Below, piece after piece: positions 12,698-25,178 of a stretch of DNA of 64,000 bases (positions are counted from its first letter, which is position 1; every line of letters begins with the position of its first letter). The notes beneath the pieces are model-generated. The model worked only from the letters and a program-made list of their open reading frames with translations, made no database searches and was not told the DNA's origin. The stretch is from Escherichia coli (GTDB lineage: Bacteria > Pseudomonadota > Gammaproteobacteria > Enterobacterales > Enterobacteriaceae): NCBI RefSeq assembly GCF_024223415.1, contig NZ_CP100500.1. One strand, 5' to 3'. A program made the translations under genes and the position numbers.

Positions 12698-14185
12698 TTA
12701 AATCACCTCTTCGATAACCCACACGCTGACGCTGCCGCCGTTGCAAAAGAAGGTCGCTTCGCCGTTTTCGTCGGTCACTACGCTCTCTTGCCGATTCCCC
12801 AGAAAATCACGCCAGGTTTTATTGCCGTAATTCTCTCCCAGATGAATGGTTTTTTCGCCATCATCCCCGTTCGACATGACCACCACGCAGCCGGGATATT
12901 CGTCAGTGCCACTGCGACTAAAGGCAATGCAGTTCGGATGGTCGAAAAATAACGTCTGTACACCGTGGGCGAAACGCTGACGGGCGAGAATTAACTCATC
13001 AAGCTGTTCGATTATTGGCATATCTATCGGATAGGTTTGCCCGTCACCACCGACATCTTCGTAATGCGCACCGTAGAGGTCCGGATAGAATACCGAAGGA
13101 ACGCCATTTTCCCGCAACAAAATTAAGGTATACGCCAGCGGTTTAAACCACGGTTCGACCGGCGCTTCGAGGGCTTGCAACGGTTGGGTGTCGTGATTGG
13201 CAACGAGCGTCACGGCGTGGAAAGGATCGGCTTCCACTAATGTACCCGTGAAAATCTGCGTCATGTCGTAGTCGCGCCCCATGCGCGATGCTTCATGGAA
13301 TTTCATCTGCAGCGGCGCATCGAACAGCATGGTTTTGCCTTCCACCTGATCAATATACGTTTGCAGTTTATCGACTTCATGCGACCAGTACTCCGCCACA
13401 ATAAACAGCGGCTTTGGCGCAACTTCCTGTACGTGTTCGATCCACTCTTTATAAAACCACGCCGGAATATGTTTGACCGCATCAAGACGAAAACCGTCGC
13501 ATTGTGTTTGTTCCATCACCCAGCGCGCCCAGTATTTAATCTCTTCCGTCACGGCATGATTGCGGAAATCGATATTCTCACCCATCAGATAATCGAAATT
13601 ACCGAGTTCATCATCAACCTGATCGTTCCAGCCTTCACCGGTGTAGTCGTTAACAATTTTAAAAATGCCATCTTCATCAGGGTTTTCGATATGGTCGATA
13701 CCGCTAAAACATTTGAAATCCCAGATAAACTGCGAGTATTGCCCGGCACGGGCGGGGAAGGTGTAACGCGTCCAGCCTTCGCACTCTATGATTTCTTCGT
13801 CAATTTGCGTACGGTCATCAGCATTTACACGCTGCACGCGAATAGCTTCTTTTTCATCCGCGCCCATTTTGTGGTTGACTACCACGTCCAACAGCACCGC
13901 AATGTCATTACGTTTCAGAGCGTCAATGGCGGCCAGCAGTTGTGCTTTATCGCCATATTTAGTAGGGATGCTGCCTTTCTGATCAAACTCGCCTAAATCA
14001 AATAAATCATAGGAGTCGTAGCCGACCGAATACCCGCCCGATGCGCCTTTATAGGCGGGCGGCAACCAGACCATATTGATACCAATATCATTAAAACCGT
14101 CGGCGCGCTCGGCCAGTTCAGGCCAGAGCTTACCGCCTTCCGGGTAATACCAGTGAAAACATTGTAACAGCGTGGGATTACGCAT
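12698..14185 (-). CDS. amyA: Cytoplasmic alpha-amylase (495 aa)
   Basis: ORF track; [23 protein letters not shown]13 motifs. Confidence 0.95.
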   Translation of the reverse strand: MRNPTLLQCFHWYYPEGGKLWPELAERADGFNDIGINMVWLPPAYKGASGGYSVGYDSYDLFDLGEFDQKGSIPTKYGDKAQLLAAIDALKRNDIAVLLDVVVNHKMGADEKEAIRVQRVNADDRTQIDEEIIECEGWTRYTFPARAGQYSQFIWDFKCFSGIDHIENPDEDGIFKIVNDYTGEGWNDQVDDELGNFDYLMGENIDFRNHAVTEEIKYWARWVMEQTQCDGFRLDAVKHIPAWFYKEWIEHVQEVAPKPLFIVAEYWSHEVDKLQTYIDQVEGKTMLFDAPLQMKFHEASRMGRDYDMTQIFTGTLVEADPFHAVTLVANHDTQPLQALEAPVEPWFKPLAYTLILLRENGVPSVFYPDLYGAHYEDVGGDGQTYPIDMPIIEQLDELILARQRFAHGVQTLFFDHPNCIAFSRSGTDEYPGCVVVMSNGDDGEKTIHLGENYGNKTWRDFLGNRQESVVTDENGEATFFCNGGSVSVWVIEEVI

Positions 14186-14262
14186 TCTTCGACTCCATTC
14201 AAGGGGAACATTAGAAGCGTAGCCGTAATCGGATTATTCGCGAGCCATCGACTCGTTCAGAT

Positions 14263-14628
14263 TCAAAAGAGGTTATCCTGCGGAGCCAGCACAAAGCCGC
14301 CCTGATCGCCATAGGCACTTAACACCGATTTTTGCACCGATGACTGACCGACCAGTTTCGCCAGTTCATCCATCCGAATCTGTAATAACTGCTTTACCTT
14401 GCTTTCGTTGTCGAGAATCAGGCGCAGCATCGGGCGGAGCTGCTCCTGCATCGTGGTGGACGGGTCAATCTCTTCAGTCAGATGTGCAATCTCCTGCACC
14501 GCATTCACATACGCCATTTCGCTGGCGATGAGTTCTTCCCATTGTTCTTCCGTTGCCAGGCGTAACATGAGCTGGCTTTTTTCGACGAGTTGTTGCCAGG
14601 CGAAATACAAATGCGGTGCATGGTTCAT
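14263..14628 (-). CDS. fliT: Flagellar export chaperone / FlhDC anti-activator FliT
   Basis: ORF track; position after fliS. Confidence 0.9.
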   Translation of the reverse strand: MNHAPHLYFAWQQLVEKSQLMLRLATEEQWEELIASEMAYVNAVQEIAHLTEEIDPSTTMQEQLRPMLRLILDNESKVKQLLQIRMDELAKLVGQSSVQKSVLSAYGDQGGFVLAPQDNLF

Positions 14629-15038
14629 CAGACTGGGTCCTGAATCAAAGAAGGGGAGAGTAACGACTCTTTCCAGGCATCGGCAATATTACGCATTAAT
14701 GCTTCCACTTCTTCGACTGCGGAGACATCGTTGCGTAAATTGGCTTGCAGCAAGCGCCTGACCATATAGCTATAAAGAGCAATCAAGTTTTGGGTTAATT
14801 CGTCTTTGCTCTCTTCATCAAGACTCACCCGCAGTCCGTTCTCAATGATGTTGATCGCTTTTGACAAAGAGACGCCTTTGCCTTGCTGATTGTTGTCCTG
14901 CATAAACAGGCGCGCTCTAACCAGTGCGCTCAGCACTCCATCAAATAGCATGGTGACCAGCTGCTGCTGGCTGGCGCTCATTACGGCGCTTTCGACGCCA
15001 ATTTGTGCATAGGCTTTTGAGCCGCTCGCGGTATACAT
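14628..15038 (-). CDS. fliS: Flagellin-specific export chaperone FliS
   Basis: ORF track; position between fliD and fliT. Confidence 0.9.
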   Translation of the reverse strand: MYTASGSKAYAQIGVESAVMSASQQQLVTMLFDGVLSALVRARLFMQDNNQQGKGVSLSKAINIIENGLRVSLDEESKDELTQNLIALYSYMVRRLLQANLRNDVSAVEEVEALMRNIADAWKESLLSPSLIQDPV

Positions 15039-15052
15039 GCTGACCTCCGTGA

Positions 15053-16465
15053 TCAGGAATTACTCATTGCAGTAAATTGTTGGCTGAGATAGGTACTGGT
15101 GTTATTCAGTTTGCTCATCATGGTATCTAATTGCGTAAACTGTGCAGTGTAACGCGCCACGGTGTCATCAATGCTGGCACTGACGGATAGATACTGTTTG
15201 GTTAGTTTTTTCAGTGTGGCGTTAATACTGTCCTGTGCGCTATCAATAATGCCATCATCGGCAAGGTAACCTTTTACCTCGGTGGCAATTTTGGTGGTAA
15301 TTCCTGTTTCTTTACCATCGCCTACCAGCAATTCACGTACGGATGCTGTATTTTCATTCAGGACTTTTTTGAGTTTATCATCATCAATTTTCAGCTTACC
15401 CGTCGTGCCGTCCTGCTTAATCCCGATCTCGTTTAATGTTTTGAAGGCACCGTCGCTGGCACCGTTTGCAAATTGTGCGCGGATGCCGCTTTGAATTGTA
15501 CGTACAACGCTGTCTCCGAGAAGTGCACCATTATTTTTATCTTGTGCTTCAGCACCTGGGTCTACTTCTTTATATTTTGTCAGGGTGTTAAAGGTGTCAA
15601 TGAGGGAGTTATATGAATCCACCCAGCCTTTAATTGCTTCGGTTGCTTTATCGTTGCTTTTTGTCACAGTGACCCGGACGTCAGTGACTTTTTTGGTCAA
15701 ATCGAGAGTCACTCCCTGAGGAGCATCGGTAATTTTGTTACTTGAACGTTCAATATCGATACCGTTAACGTTTAGCTGTGCATTTTGCGCGTTAACCAGT
15801 TCCTTCATATTCCCGGTGTTGGTCTTGCTGTCATAAGCCAGCAGATCATTTAATTTACTGTCACCCTCAACAGATATGGTCATTTTATTGGCCAGACCTT
15901 CACTGGCGGTCAATACCAATTGATAGTCACCATCTTTGACTTTAACGATACTAGCGGAAATTCCACTATCGGCATCGTTAATGGTTTTGCTGATCTCATC
16001 CAATGACGTCTGATCTTTATTGAGCTTGATTTCCAGCGGCTCTTTACGGCCGTCTTGGGTAATTTTTATTGTGCGTGTATCTGATGACTCATCACCCAGT
16101 GCATCTTTTGTTGATGCAATGATTGTCGGGGAATCAGTTCGTAAAGATTGCGCCTGCGCCAGTTGGGTTACGCTGATGGTATAGATACCGGGGGCAGCAC
16201 CTGCTTCGGTGGAAACTTTAAGGTCTTCATTGCTACTGGTAACGGTAGTGCTTTTGAACAGATCGGCTTTATTTAACGCAGTATTTGCAGTCTGGAATTT
16301 TTCTAATGCACTTTTTAATGTGCCATAGGCTGTCAGACGTGCGGTGTTGTCACTCTGTTGCTGAGTAATTGGGTTTAAGCGTTTTTTTTCAGCGATGGTC
16401 AGGTTGTTTAGCAATGTATCCAGCGGCAGATTCGAACCAACGCCAAGAGATGTAAATGAAGCCAT
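15053..16465 (-). CDS. fliD: Flagellar filament cap protein FliD
   Basis: ORF track 15053..16543; chosen start MASFTSLGVGSNLP has an upstream aggaa SD; earlier in-frame ATG would run through the promoter. Confidence 0.9.
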   Translation of the reverse strand: MASFTSLGVGSNLPLDTLLNNLTIAEKKRLNPITQQQSDNTARLTAYGTLKSALEKFQTANTALNKADLFKSTTVTSSNEDLKVSTEAGAAPGIYTISVTQLAQAQSLRTDSPTIIASTKDALGDESSDTRTIKITQDGRKEPLEIKLNKDQTSLDEISKTINDADSGISASIVKVKDGDYQLVLTASEGLANKMTISVEGDSKLNDLLAYDSKTNTGNMKELVNAQNAQLNVNGIDIERSSNKITDAPQGVTLDLTKKVTDVRVTVTKSNDKATEAIKGWVDSYNSLIDTFNTLTKYKEVDPGAEAQDKNNGALLGDSVVRTIQSGIRAQFANGASDGAFKTLNEIGIKQDGTTGKLKIDDDKLKKVLNENTASVRELLVGDGKETGITTKIATEVKGYLADDGIIDSAQDSINATLKKLTKQYLSVSASIDDTVARYTAQFTQLDTMMSKLNNTSTYLSQQFTAMSNS

Positions 16466-16503
16466 ACCTAATTCCTTTTGATTGCAAACAGTAGATAAGC
16501 GGG

Positions 16504-16530
16504 TTATCGGCAATTTGTGCGCAAAGTTTA
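16504..16530 (-). promoter_or_regulatory. sigma28 (FliA) promoter for fliDST
   Basis: Minus-strand TAAA-N15-GCCGATAA read from sequence. Confidence 0.75.
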
Positions 16531-16623
16531 ATAGTTGATTCACGAAGATGATGCGCAGAGTAGAGTTGTATATTACGGATATTTCAGCCGTTAAGAAAAA
16601 ACAGGAGAGAAACTAAAATTTTC

Positions 16624-16650
16624 TAAAGTTCGAAATTCAGGTGCCGATAC
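16624..16650 (+). promoter_or_regulatory. sigma28 (FliA) promoter for fliC
   Basis: TAAA-N15-GCCGATAC read from sequence upstream of fliC. Confidence 0.75.
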
Positions 16651-16719
16651 AAGGGGTACGGTGAGAAACCGTGGGCAACAGCCCAATAACATCAAGTTGT
16701 AATTGATAAGGAAAAGATC

Positions 16720-18180
16720 ATGGCACAAGTCATTAATACAAACAGCCTGTCGCTGTTGACCCAGAATAACCTGAACAAATCTCAGTCTTCTCTTGGCTCT
16801 GCTATTGAGCGTCTCTCTTCTGGCCTGCGTATTAACAGTGCTAAAGATGACGCAGCAGGTCAGGCGATTGCTAACCGTTTTACGGCAAATATTAAAGGTC
16901 TGACTCAGGCTTCCCGTAACGCGAATGATGGTATTTCTGTTGCGCAGACTACTGAAGGTGCGCTGAATGAAATTAACAACAACCTGCAGCGTGTACGTGA
17001 ACTGACTGTTCAGGCAACTAACGGTACTAACTCTGACAGCGATCTTTCTTCTATTCAGGCAGAAATTACTCAACGTCTGGAAGAAATTGACCGTGTATCT
17101 GAGCAAACTCAGTTTAACGGCGTGAAAGTCCTTGCCGAAAATAATGAAATGAAAATTCAGGTTGGTGCTAATGATGGGGAAACCATCACTATCAATCTGG
17201 CAAAAATTGATGCGAAAACTCTCGGCCTGGACGGCTTTAATATCGATGGCGCGCAGAAAGCAACTGGCAGTGACCTGATTTCTAAATTTAAAGCGACAGG
17301 TACTGATAATTATCAAATTAACGGTACTGATAACTATACTGTTAATGTAGATAGTGGAGCAGTTCAAAATGAGGATGGTGACGCAATTTTTGTTAGCGCT
17401 ACCGATGGTTCTCTGACTACTAAGAGTGATACAAAAGTCGGTGGTACAGGTATTGATGCGACTGGGCTTGCAAAAGCCGCAGTTTCTTTAGCTAAAGATG
17501 CCTCAATTAAATACCAAGGTATTACTTTCACCAACAAAGGCACTGGTGCATTTGATGGCAGTGGTAACGGCACTCTAACCGCTAATATTGATGGCAAAGA
17601 TGTAACCTTTACTATTGATGCGACAGGGAAGGACGCAACATTAAAAACGTCTGATCCTGTTTACAAAAATAGTGCAGGTCAGTTCACTACAACTAAGGTT
17701 GAAAACAAAGCCGCTACAGCATCGGATCTGGACTTAAATAACGCTAAAAAAGTGGGTAGTTCTTTAGTTGTAAATGGCGCTGATTATGAAGTTAGCGCTG
17801 ATGGTAAGACAGTAACTGGGCTTGGTAAAACTATGTATCTGAGCAAATCAGAAGGTGGTAGCCCGATTCTGGTAAAAGAAGATGCAGCAAAATCGTTGCA
17901 ATCTACTACCAACCCGCTCGAAACCATCGACAAGGCATTGGCTAAAGTTGACAATCTGCGTTCTGACCTCGGTGCAGTACAAAACCGTTTCGACTCTGCT
18001 ATCACCAACCTTGGCAACACCGTAAACAACCTGTCTTCTGCCCGTAGCCGTATCGAAGATGCTGACTACGCGACCGAAGTGTCTAACATGTCTCGTGCGC
18101 AGATCCTGCAACAAGCGGGTACCTCTGTTCTGGCGCAGGCTAACCAGACCACGCAGAACGTACTGTCTCTGCTGCGTTAA
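16720..18180 (+). CDS. fliC: Flagellin (486 aa); conserved N/C termini with variable central H-antigen domain
   Basis: ORF track; MAQVINTNSLSLLTQNNLNKSQ ... QNVLSLLR. Confidence 0.95.
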   Translation: MAQVINTNSLSLLTQNNLNKSQSSLGSAIERLSSGLRINSAKDDAAGQAIANRFTANIKGLTQASRNANDGISVAQTTEGALNEINNNLQRVRELTVQATNGTNSDSDLSSIQAEITQRLEEIDRVSEQTQFNGVKVLAENNEMKIQVGANDGETITINLAKIDAKTLGLDGFNIDGAQKATGSDLISKFKATGTDNYQINGTDNYTVNVDSGAVQNEDGDAIFVSATDGSLTTKSDTKVGGTGIDATGLAKAAVSLAKDASIKYQGITFTNKGTGAFDGSGNGTLTANIDGKDVTFTIDATGKDATLKTSDPVYKNSAGQFTTTKVENKAATASDLDLNNAKKVGSSLVVNGADYEVSADGKTVTGLGKTMYLSKSEGGSPILVKEDAAKSLQSTTNPLETIDKALAKVDNLRSDLGAVQNRFDSAITNLGNTVNNLSSARSRIEDADYATEVSNMSRAQILQQAGTSVLAQANQTTQNVLSLLR

Positions 18181-18222
18181 TTTACACTTATCGCTCAAAC
18201 CCCGCCAACGGCGGGGTTTTTT
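18181..18222 (+). ncRNA. Candidate FliX-type sRNA derived from the fliC 3' UTR
   Basis: Position only (fliC 3' UTR to terminator); based on published 3'-UTR-derived flagellar sRNAs, extent not determinable here. Confidence 0.3.
18198..18222 (+). terminator. Rho-independent terminator of fliC
   Basis: aaaccccgcc-aacg-gcggggtttttt hairpin plus T-run. Confidence 0.8.
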
Positions 18223-18344
18223 CTGTCCGCAATTTACCGGTAACCCCCAAATAACCCCTCATTTCACCCACTAATCGTCCGATTAAAAACCCTGCAGAAA
18301 CGGATAATCATGCCGATAACTCATATAACGCAGGGCTGTTTATC

Positions 18345-19064
18345 GTGAATTCACTCTATACCGCTGAAGGTGTAATGGATAAACACTCGCTGTGGCAGCG
18401 TTATGTCCCGCTGGTGCGTCACGAAGCATTGCGCCTGCAGGTTCGACTGCCCGCGAGCGTGGAACTTGACGATCTGCTACAGGCGGGCGGCATTGGGTTA
18501 CTTAATGCCGTCGAACGCTATGACGCCCTACAAGGAACGGCATTTACAACTTACGCAGTGCAGCGTATACGTGGCGCTATGCTGGATGAACTTCGCAGCC
18601 GTGACTGGGTGCCGCGCAGCGTGCGACGCAACGCGCGTGAAGTGGCACAGGCAATAGGGCAACTGGAGCAGGAACTTGGCCGCAACGCCACGGAAACTGA
18701 GGTTGCGGAACGTTTAGGGATCGATATTGCCGATTATCGCCAAATGTTGCTCGACACCAATAACAGCCAGCTCTTCTCCTACGATGAGTGGCGCGAAGAG
18801 CACGGCGATAGCATCGAACTGGTTACTGATGATCATCAGCGAGAAAACCCGCTACAACAACTGCTGGACAGTAATCTGCGCCAGCGGGTGATGGAAGCCA
18901 TCGAAACGTTGCCGGAGCGCGAAAAACTGGTATTAACCCTCTATTATCAGGAAGAGCTGAATCTCAAAGAGATTGGTGCGGTGCTGGAGGTCGGGGAATC
19001 GCGGGTCAGTCAGTTACACAGCCAGGCCATTAAACGGTTACGCACTAAACTGGGTAAGTTATAA
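18345..19064 (+). CDS. fliA: Flagellar sigma factor sigma28 FliA (239 aa)
   Basis: ORF track; sigma-70 family regions 2 and 4. Confidence 0.95.
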   Translation: MNSLYTAEGVMDKHSLWQRYVPLVRHEALRLQVRLPASVELDDLLQAGGIGLLNAVERYDALQGTAFTTYAVQRIRGAMLDELRSRDWVPRSVRRNAREVAQAIGQLEQELGRNATETEVAERLGIDIADYRQMLLDTNNSQLFSYDEWREEHGDSIELVTDDHQRENPLQQLLDSNLRQRVMEAIETLPEREKLVLTLYYQEELNLKEIGAVLEVGESRVSQLHSQAIKRLRTKLGKL

Positions 19065-19109
19065 CGTCAGTAAATGCCGCACTTTAATTTTGACTACCAG
19101 GAGTTCTTA

Positions 19110-19661
19110 ATGATGGTGCAGCACCTGAAAAGACGGCCATTAAGCCGCTATCTTAAAGACTTTAAACACAGCCAGACTCATTGCGCGCATTGCCGTAAAT
19201 TACTCGATCGCATTACCTTAGTTCGCGACGGCAAAATAGTGAATAAAATCGAGATTTCCCGCCTGGACGCGCTGCTTGATGAAAATGGCTGGCAAACGGA
19301 ACAAAAATCATGGGCGGCATTGTGCCGATTTTGCGGTGATTTACATTGCAAAACGCAGAGTGATTTTTTCGATATTATCGGCTTTAAGCAATTTCTTTTT
19401 GAGCAAACTGAAATGAGCCCAGGTACGGTGCGTGAATATGTCGTTCGTTTGCGCCGTTTGGGGAATCATCTACACGAGCAAAATATTTCCCTCGATCCGC
19501 TGCAGGACGGTTTCCTTGATGAAATCCTCGCCCCGTGGCTGCCCACCACCAGCACCAACAATTACCGCATCGCATTACGGAAGTATCAACACTATCAGCG
19601 TCAAACGTGTACCGGACTTGTGCAGAAATCCTCCAGCCTGCCTGCTTCTGATATATATTAA
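19110..19661 (+). CDS. fliZ: Regulator FliZ (183 aa)
   Basis: ORF track 19074..19661; start at MMVQHLKRRPLSRYLKDFKH. Confidence 0.85.
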   Translation: MMVQHLKRRPLSRYLKDFKHSQTHCAHCRKLLDRITLVRDGKIVNKIEISRLDALLDENGWQTEQKSWAALCRFCGDLHCKTQSDFFDIIGFKQFLFEQTEMSPGTVREYVVRLRRLGNHLHEQNISLDPLQDGFLDEILAPWLPTTSTNNYRIALRKYQHYQRQTCTGLVQKSSSLPASDIY

Positions 19662-19748
19662 ATAAGAATAAGATGTAGCGGAGTTGTTTTTGTGTTTACA
19701 AACAATGGCTCTACACTGCAAACAGACATAACAACATTCGGGGTAAAT

Positions 19749-21640
<1,892 letters not shown>

Positions 21641-21654
21641 CTCCGGGAACGCTC

Positions 21655-22323
21655 ATGCAAGAAAGTATACAACTGGTTATTGATTCCTTGCCGTTCCTGC
21701 TGAAAGGGGCTGGGTATACGCTGCAACTCAGTATCGGCGGCATGTTTTTTGGCTTACTGCTCGGGTTTATTCTCGCGCTGATGCGCCTGTCGCCAATCTG
21801 GCCCGTGCGCTGGCTGGCGCGTTTTTATATCTCTATTTTTCGTGGTACACCGCTCATCGCACAACTGTTTATGATCTATTACGGCCTGCCGCAGTTTGGT
21901 ATCGAATTAGATCCCATTCCGTCAGCAATGATTGGTCTGTCGCTGAACACTGCCGCCTATGCCGCCGAAACACTGCGCGCCGCCATTTCTTCTATTGATA
22001 AAGGTCAGTGGGAAGCAGCTGCCAGTATTGGTATGACGCCATGGCAGACTATGCGTCGCGCGATTTTGCCACAGGCGGCGCGGGTGGCGTTGCCGCCGCT
22101 GTCGAACAGCTTTATCAGCCTGGTAAAGGATACGTCGCTGGCCGCGACAATCCAGGTGCCGGAGCTGTTCCGTCAGGCGCAGTTGATTACCTCGCGCACG
22201 CTGGAGGTGTTCACCATGTACCTGGCGGCTTCGCTCATCTACTGGATCATGGCGACAGTATTATCGACGTTGCAGAACCATTTTGAGAATCAACTTAATC
22301 GCCAGGAGAGAGAACCAAAATGA
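21655..22323 (+). CDS. tcyL: L-cystine ABC transporter permease TcyL/YecS
   Basis: ORF track; polar amino acid ABC permease features. Confidence 0.9.
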   Translation: MQESIQLVIDSLPFLLKGAGYTLQLSIGGMFFGLLLGFILALMRLSPIWPVRWLARFYISIFRGTPLIAQLFMIYYGLPQFGIELDPIPSAMIGLSLNTAAYAAETLRAAISSIDKGQWEAAASIGMTPWQTMRRAILPQAARVALPPLSNSFISLVKDTSLAATIQVPELFRQAQLITSRTLEVFTMYLAASLIYWIMATVLSTLQNHFENQLNRQEREPK

Positions 22324-23072
22324 GTGCCATTGAAGTTAAGAACCTGGTGAAAAAATTTCACGGTCAGACGGTGCTGCACGGTATCGACCTTGAGGTAAAG
22401 CCTGGCGAAGTGGTGGCAATTATCGGTCCGAGTGGTTCCGGCAAAACCACGTTGCTACGCAGCATAAATCTGCTGGAACAACCCGAAGCGGGAACGATCA
22501 CCGTTGGCGATATCACTATTGATACTGCACGTTCATTAAGTCAGCAAAAATCGCTGATTCGCCAGTTGCGTCAGCACGTCGGGTTTGTCTTCCAGAACTT
22601 TAATTTGTTTCCGCATCGTACGGTGCTGGAAAACATTATTGAAGGGCCGGTGATCGTCAAAGGCGAACCGAAAGAAGAGGCCACGGCGCGCGCTCGCGAG
22701 CTGTTGGCGAAAGTTGGGCTGGCCGGTAAAGAAACCAGCTATCCACGTCGTTTGTCTGGCGGTCAACAGCAACGTGTTGCGATTGCACGTGCGCTGGCAA
22801 TGCGTCCTGAGGTGATTTTGTTTGACGAGCCAACGTCGGCGCTGGATCCAGAGCTGGTGGGCGAAGTCCTGAACACCATCCGTCAGCTGGCGCAGGAAAA
22901 GCGCACGATGGTGATTGTGACGCACGAAATGAGCTTTGCCCGGGATGTTGCGGACCGGGCGATCTTTATGGACCAGGGGCGGATAGTCGAGCAGGGGGCC
23001 GCAAAAGCGTTATTTGCCGATCCCGAGCAGCCTCGCACCCGCCAGTTCCTCGAGAAGTTTCTGCTGCAATAA
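22320..23072 (+). CDS. tcyN: L-cystine ABC transporter ATP-binding protein TcyN/YecC
   Basis: ORF track; Walker A GPSGSGKTT, signature LSGGQQQRV. Confidence 0.9.
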   Translation: MSAIEVKNLVKKFHGQTVLHGIDLEVKPGEVVAIIGPSGSGKTTLLRSINLLEQPEAGTITVGDITIDTARSLSQQKSLIRQLRQHVGFVFQNFNLFPHRTVLENIIEGPVIVKGEPKEEATARARELLAKVGLAGKETSYPRRLSGGQQQRVAIARALAMRPEVILFDEPTSALDPELVGEVLNTIRQLAQEKRTMVIVTHEMSFARDVADRAIFMDQGRIVEQGAAKALFADPEQPRTRQFLEKFLLQ

Positions 23073-23301
23073 TAAGAAAAAATCAGCCCCGACGATTCAC
23101 CTGTCGGGGCTGGACGCCATTTCAAGCCTGATAAAACTGCTTAACAAATCAGCATAACTCATTAATAACATAAGAGAATGCGATGGCTTGCAAAAGTAAT
23201 TCATTGCCTGAATAATATAAATTATATATAAATCTTATTTATGTGATAGTTTGAATTATCATTATAAATGATACTCACTCTCAGGGGCGTTGCGGTTTAC
23301 T

Positions 23302-24024
23302 ATGCAGGATAAGGATTTTTTCAGCTGGCGTCGCACGATGCTGTTGCGTTTTCAGAGGATGGAGGCCGCAGAAGAGGTCTACCATGAAATAGAGTTTCAG
23401 GCTCAGCAGCTGGAGTACGATTACTATTCGTTATGTGTTCGCCACCCGGTACCATTCACGCGACCTAAAGTGGCTTTCTACACCAATTACCCTGAGGCGT
23501 GGGTTAGTTATTATCAGGCAAAAAACTTTCTCGCAATTGATCCGGTGCTGAACCCTGAAAACTTTAGTCAGGGCCATTTAATGTGGAATGATGACTTATT
23601 CAGCGAAGCACAGCCGTTATGGGAAGCCGCGCGCGCACATGGTTTACGCCGCGGTGTCACTCAGTATTTAATGCTGCCAAACCGGGCGCTGGGCTTTTTG
23701 TCCTTTTCCCGTAGCAGCGCGCGCGAAATACCCATTCTTAGTGATGAACTGCAATTAAAAATGCAGTTACTGGTGCGCGAAAGTCTGATGGCTCTGATGC
23801 GTTTAAATGATGAAATAGTGATGACGCCAGAGATGAATTTCAGCAAGCGCGAAAAAGAAATTTTGAAATGGACGGCGGAAGGGAAGACATCAGCAGAGAT
23901 AGCGATGATTTTGTCAATCTCTGAGAATACGGTCAATTTCCATCAGAAAAACATGCAGAAAAAAATCAATGCACCAAATAAGACCCAGGTTGCCTGTTAC
24001 GCGGCCGCTACTGGCTTAATTTGA
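23302..24024 (+). CDS. sdiA: LuxR-family quorum-sensing regulator SdiA (240 aa)
   Basis: ORF track 23290..24024; start MQDKDFFSWRRTMLLRFQ; C-terminal LuxR HTH. Confidence 0.9.
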   Translation: MQDKDFFSWRRTMLLRFQRMEAAEEVYHEIEFQAQQLEYDYYSLCVRHPVPFTRPKVAFYTNYPEAWVSYYQAKNFLAIDPVLNPENFSQGHLMWNDDLFSEAQPLWEAARAHGLRRGVTQYLMLPNRALGFLSFSRSSAREIPILSDELQLKMQLLVRESLMALMRLNDEIVMTPEMNFSKREKEILKWTAEGKTSAEIAMILSISENTVNFHQKNMQKKINAPNKTQVACYAAATGLI

Positions 24025-24051
24025 TCGCTTTTCTTTCTGCGTGCCAGATGC

Positions 24052-24090
24052 AAAAACCGGCTGAAAGGCACGCTATCAGCCGGTTTTATA
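24052..24090. terminator. Bidirectional terminator between sdiA and yecF
   Basis: aaccggctga...tcagccggtt inverted repeat flanked by A/T runs. Confidence 0.6.
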
Positions 24091-24315
24091 TTACTGACGG
24101 TAGGCTTGTTTAATTTGCTTAACCGTTTTGGAAAATACTGCAGCCTGGGTTTCGTCTTCGATCAGCGCAAGCTGTTTTTCCATCTTTAACATCACGCGGC
24201 CCGCGTCAGCTTGTCCCATCGCCTGTAGCATCAGCGTCAGCATCGCTTTCAGGCAGGAGACTTCATTTGCCAGTTCTTGATTATTCTCGGCAGTAGAAAA
24301 ATCAGGCGTACTCAT
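24091..24315 (-). CDS. yecF: Small protein YecF (74 aa)
   Basis: ORF track; conserved position next to sdiA. Confidence 0.8.
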
Positions 24316-24480
24316 TTATTTTCCTCGTCATGTTGCAATGAAAATTTGCGGTGAAAAATGTTAAGGCGGCGGAGTATACCATAAGCTTTGCTAAAAATAG
24401 CAGTGGTTGTTTTTTGAGCGTGATATCGGCAGTGCTATAAAATACGTTAATATAATGACCAATTAGGTAATGACTCCAAC

Positions 24481-24984
24481 TTACTGATAGTGTTTTATGT
24501 TCAGATAATGCCCGATGACCTTGTCATGCAGCTCCACCGATTTTGAGAACGACAGTGACTTCCGTCCCAGCCTTGCCAGATGTTGTCTCAGATTCAGATT
24601 ATGTCGCTCAATGCGCTGAGTGTAACGCTTGCTGATAACGTGCAGCTTTCCCTTCAGGCGTGATTCATACAGCGGCCAGCCATCCGTCATCCATACCACG
24701 ACCTCAAAGGCCGACAGCAGGCTCAGAAGACGCTCCAGTGTGGCCAGAGTGCGTTCACCGAAGACGTGCGCCACAACCGTCCTCCGTATCCTGTCATACG
24801 CGTAAAACAGCCAGCGCTGACGTGATTTAGCACCGACGTAGCCCCACTGTTCGTCCATTTCAGCGCAGACAATCACATCACTGCCCGGTTGTATGCGCGA
24901 GGTTACCGACTGCGGCCTGAGTTTTTTAAGTGACGTAAAACCGTGTTGAGGCCAACGCCCATAATGCGTGCACTGGCGCGACAT
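24481..24984 (-). CDS. insB: IS1 InsB (transposase C-terminal part)
   Basis: ORF track 167 aa. Confidence 0.9.
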   Translation of the reverse strand: MSRQCTHYGRWPQHGFTSLKKLRPQSVTSRIQPGSDVIVCAEMDEQWGYVGAKSRQRWLFYAYDRIRRTVVAHVFGERTLATLERLLSLLSAFEVVVWMTDGWPLYESRLKGKLHVISKRYTQRIERHNLNLRQHLARLGRKSLSFSKSVELHDKVIGHYLNIKHYQ

Positions 24985-25178
24985 CCGACGCCATTCATGG
25001 CCATATCAATGATTTTCTGGTGCGTACCGGGCTGAGAGGCGGTGTAAGTGAACTGTAGTTGCCATGTTTTACGGCAATGAGAGCAGAGATAGCGCTGATG
25101 TCCGGCAGTGCTTTTGCCGTTACGCACCACGCCTTCAGTAGCGGAGCAGGAAGGACATCTGATGGAAATGGAAGCCAC
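24903..25178 (-). CDS. insA: IS1 InsA (91 aa)
   Basis: ORF track; zinc-finger [28 protein letters not shown]. Confidence 0.9.
   Translation of the reverse strand: MASISIRCPSCSATEGVVRNGKSTAGHQRYLCSHCRKTWQLQFTYTASQPGTHQKIIDMAMNGVGCRASARIMGVGLNTVLRHLKNSGRSR

Noticed and set aside
16591-17367. 258-aa minus-strand ORF
   Set aside because: Antisense to the 5' half of fliC and running across the fliC/fliD sigma28 promoters; spurious.
18290-18320. Canonical sigma28 promoter upstream of fliA
   Set aside because: GCCGATAA is present at about 18312, but the expected TAAA at the -35 position with 15-bp spacing is not, so I did not call a specific promoter.
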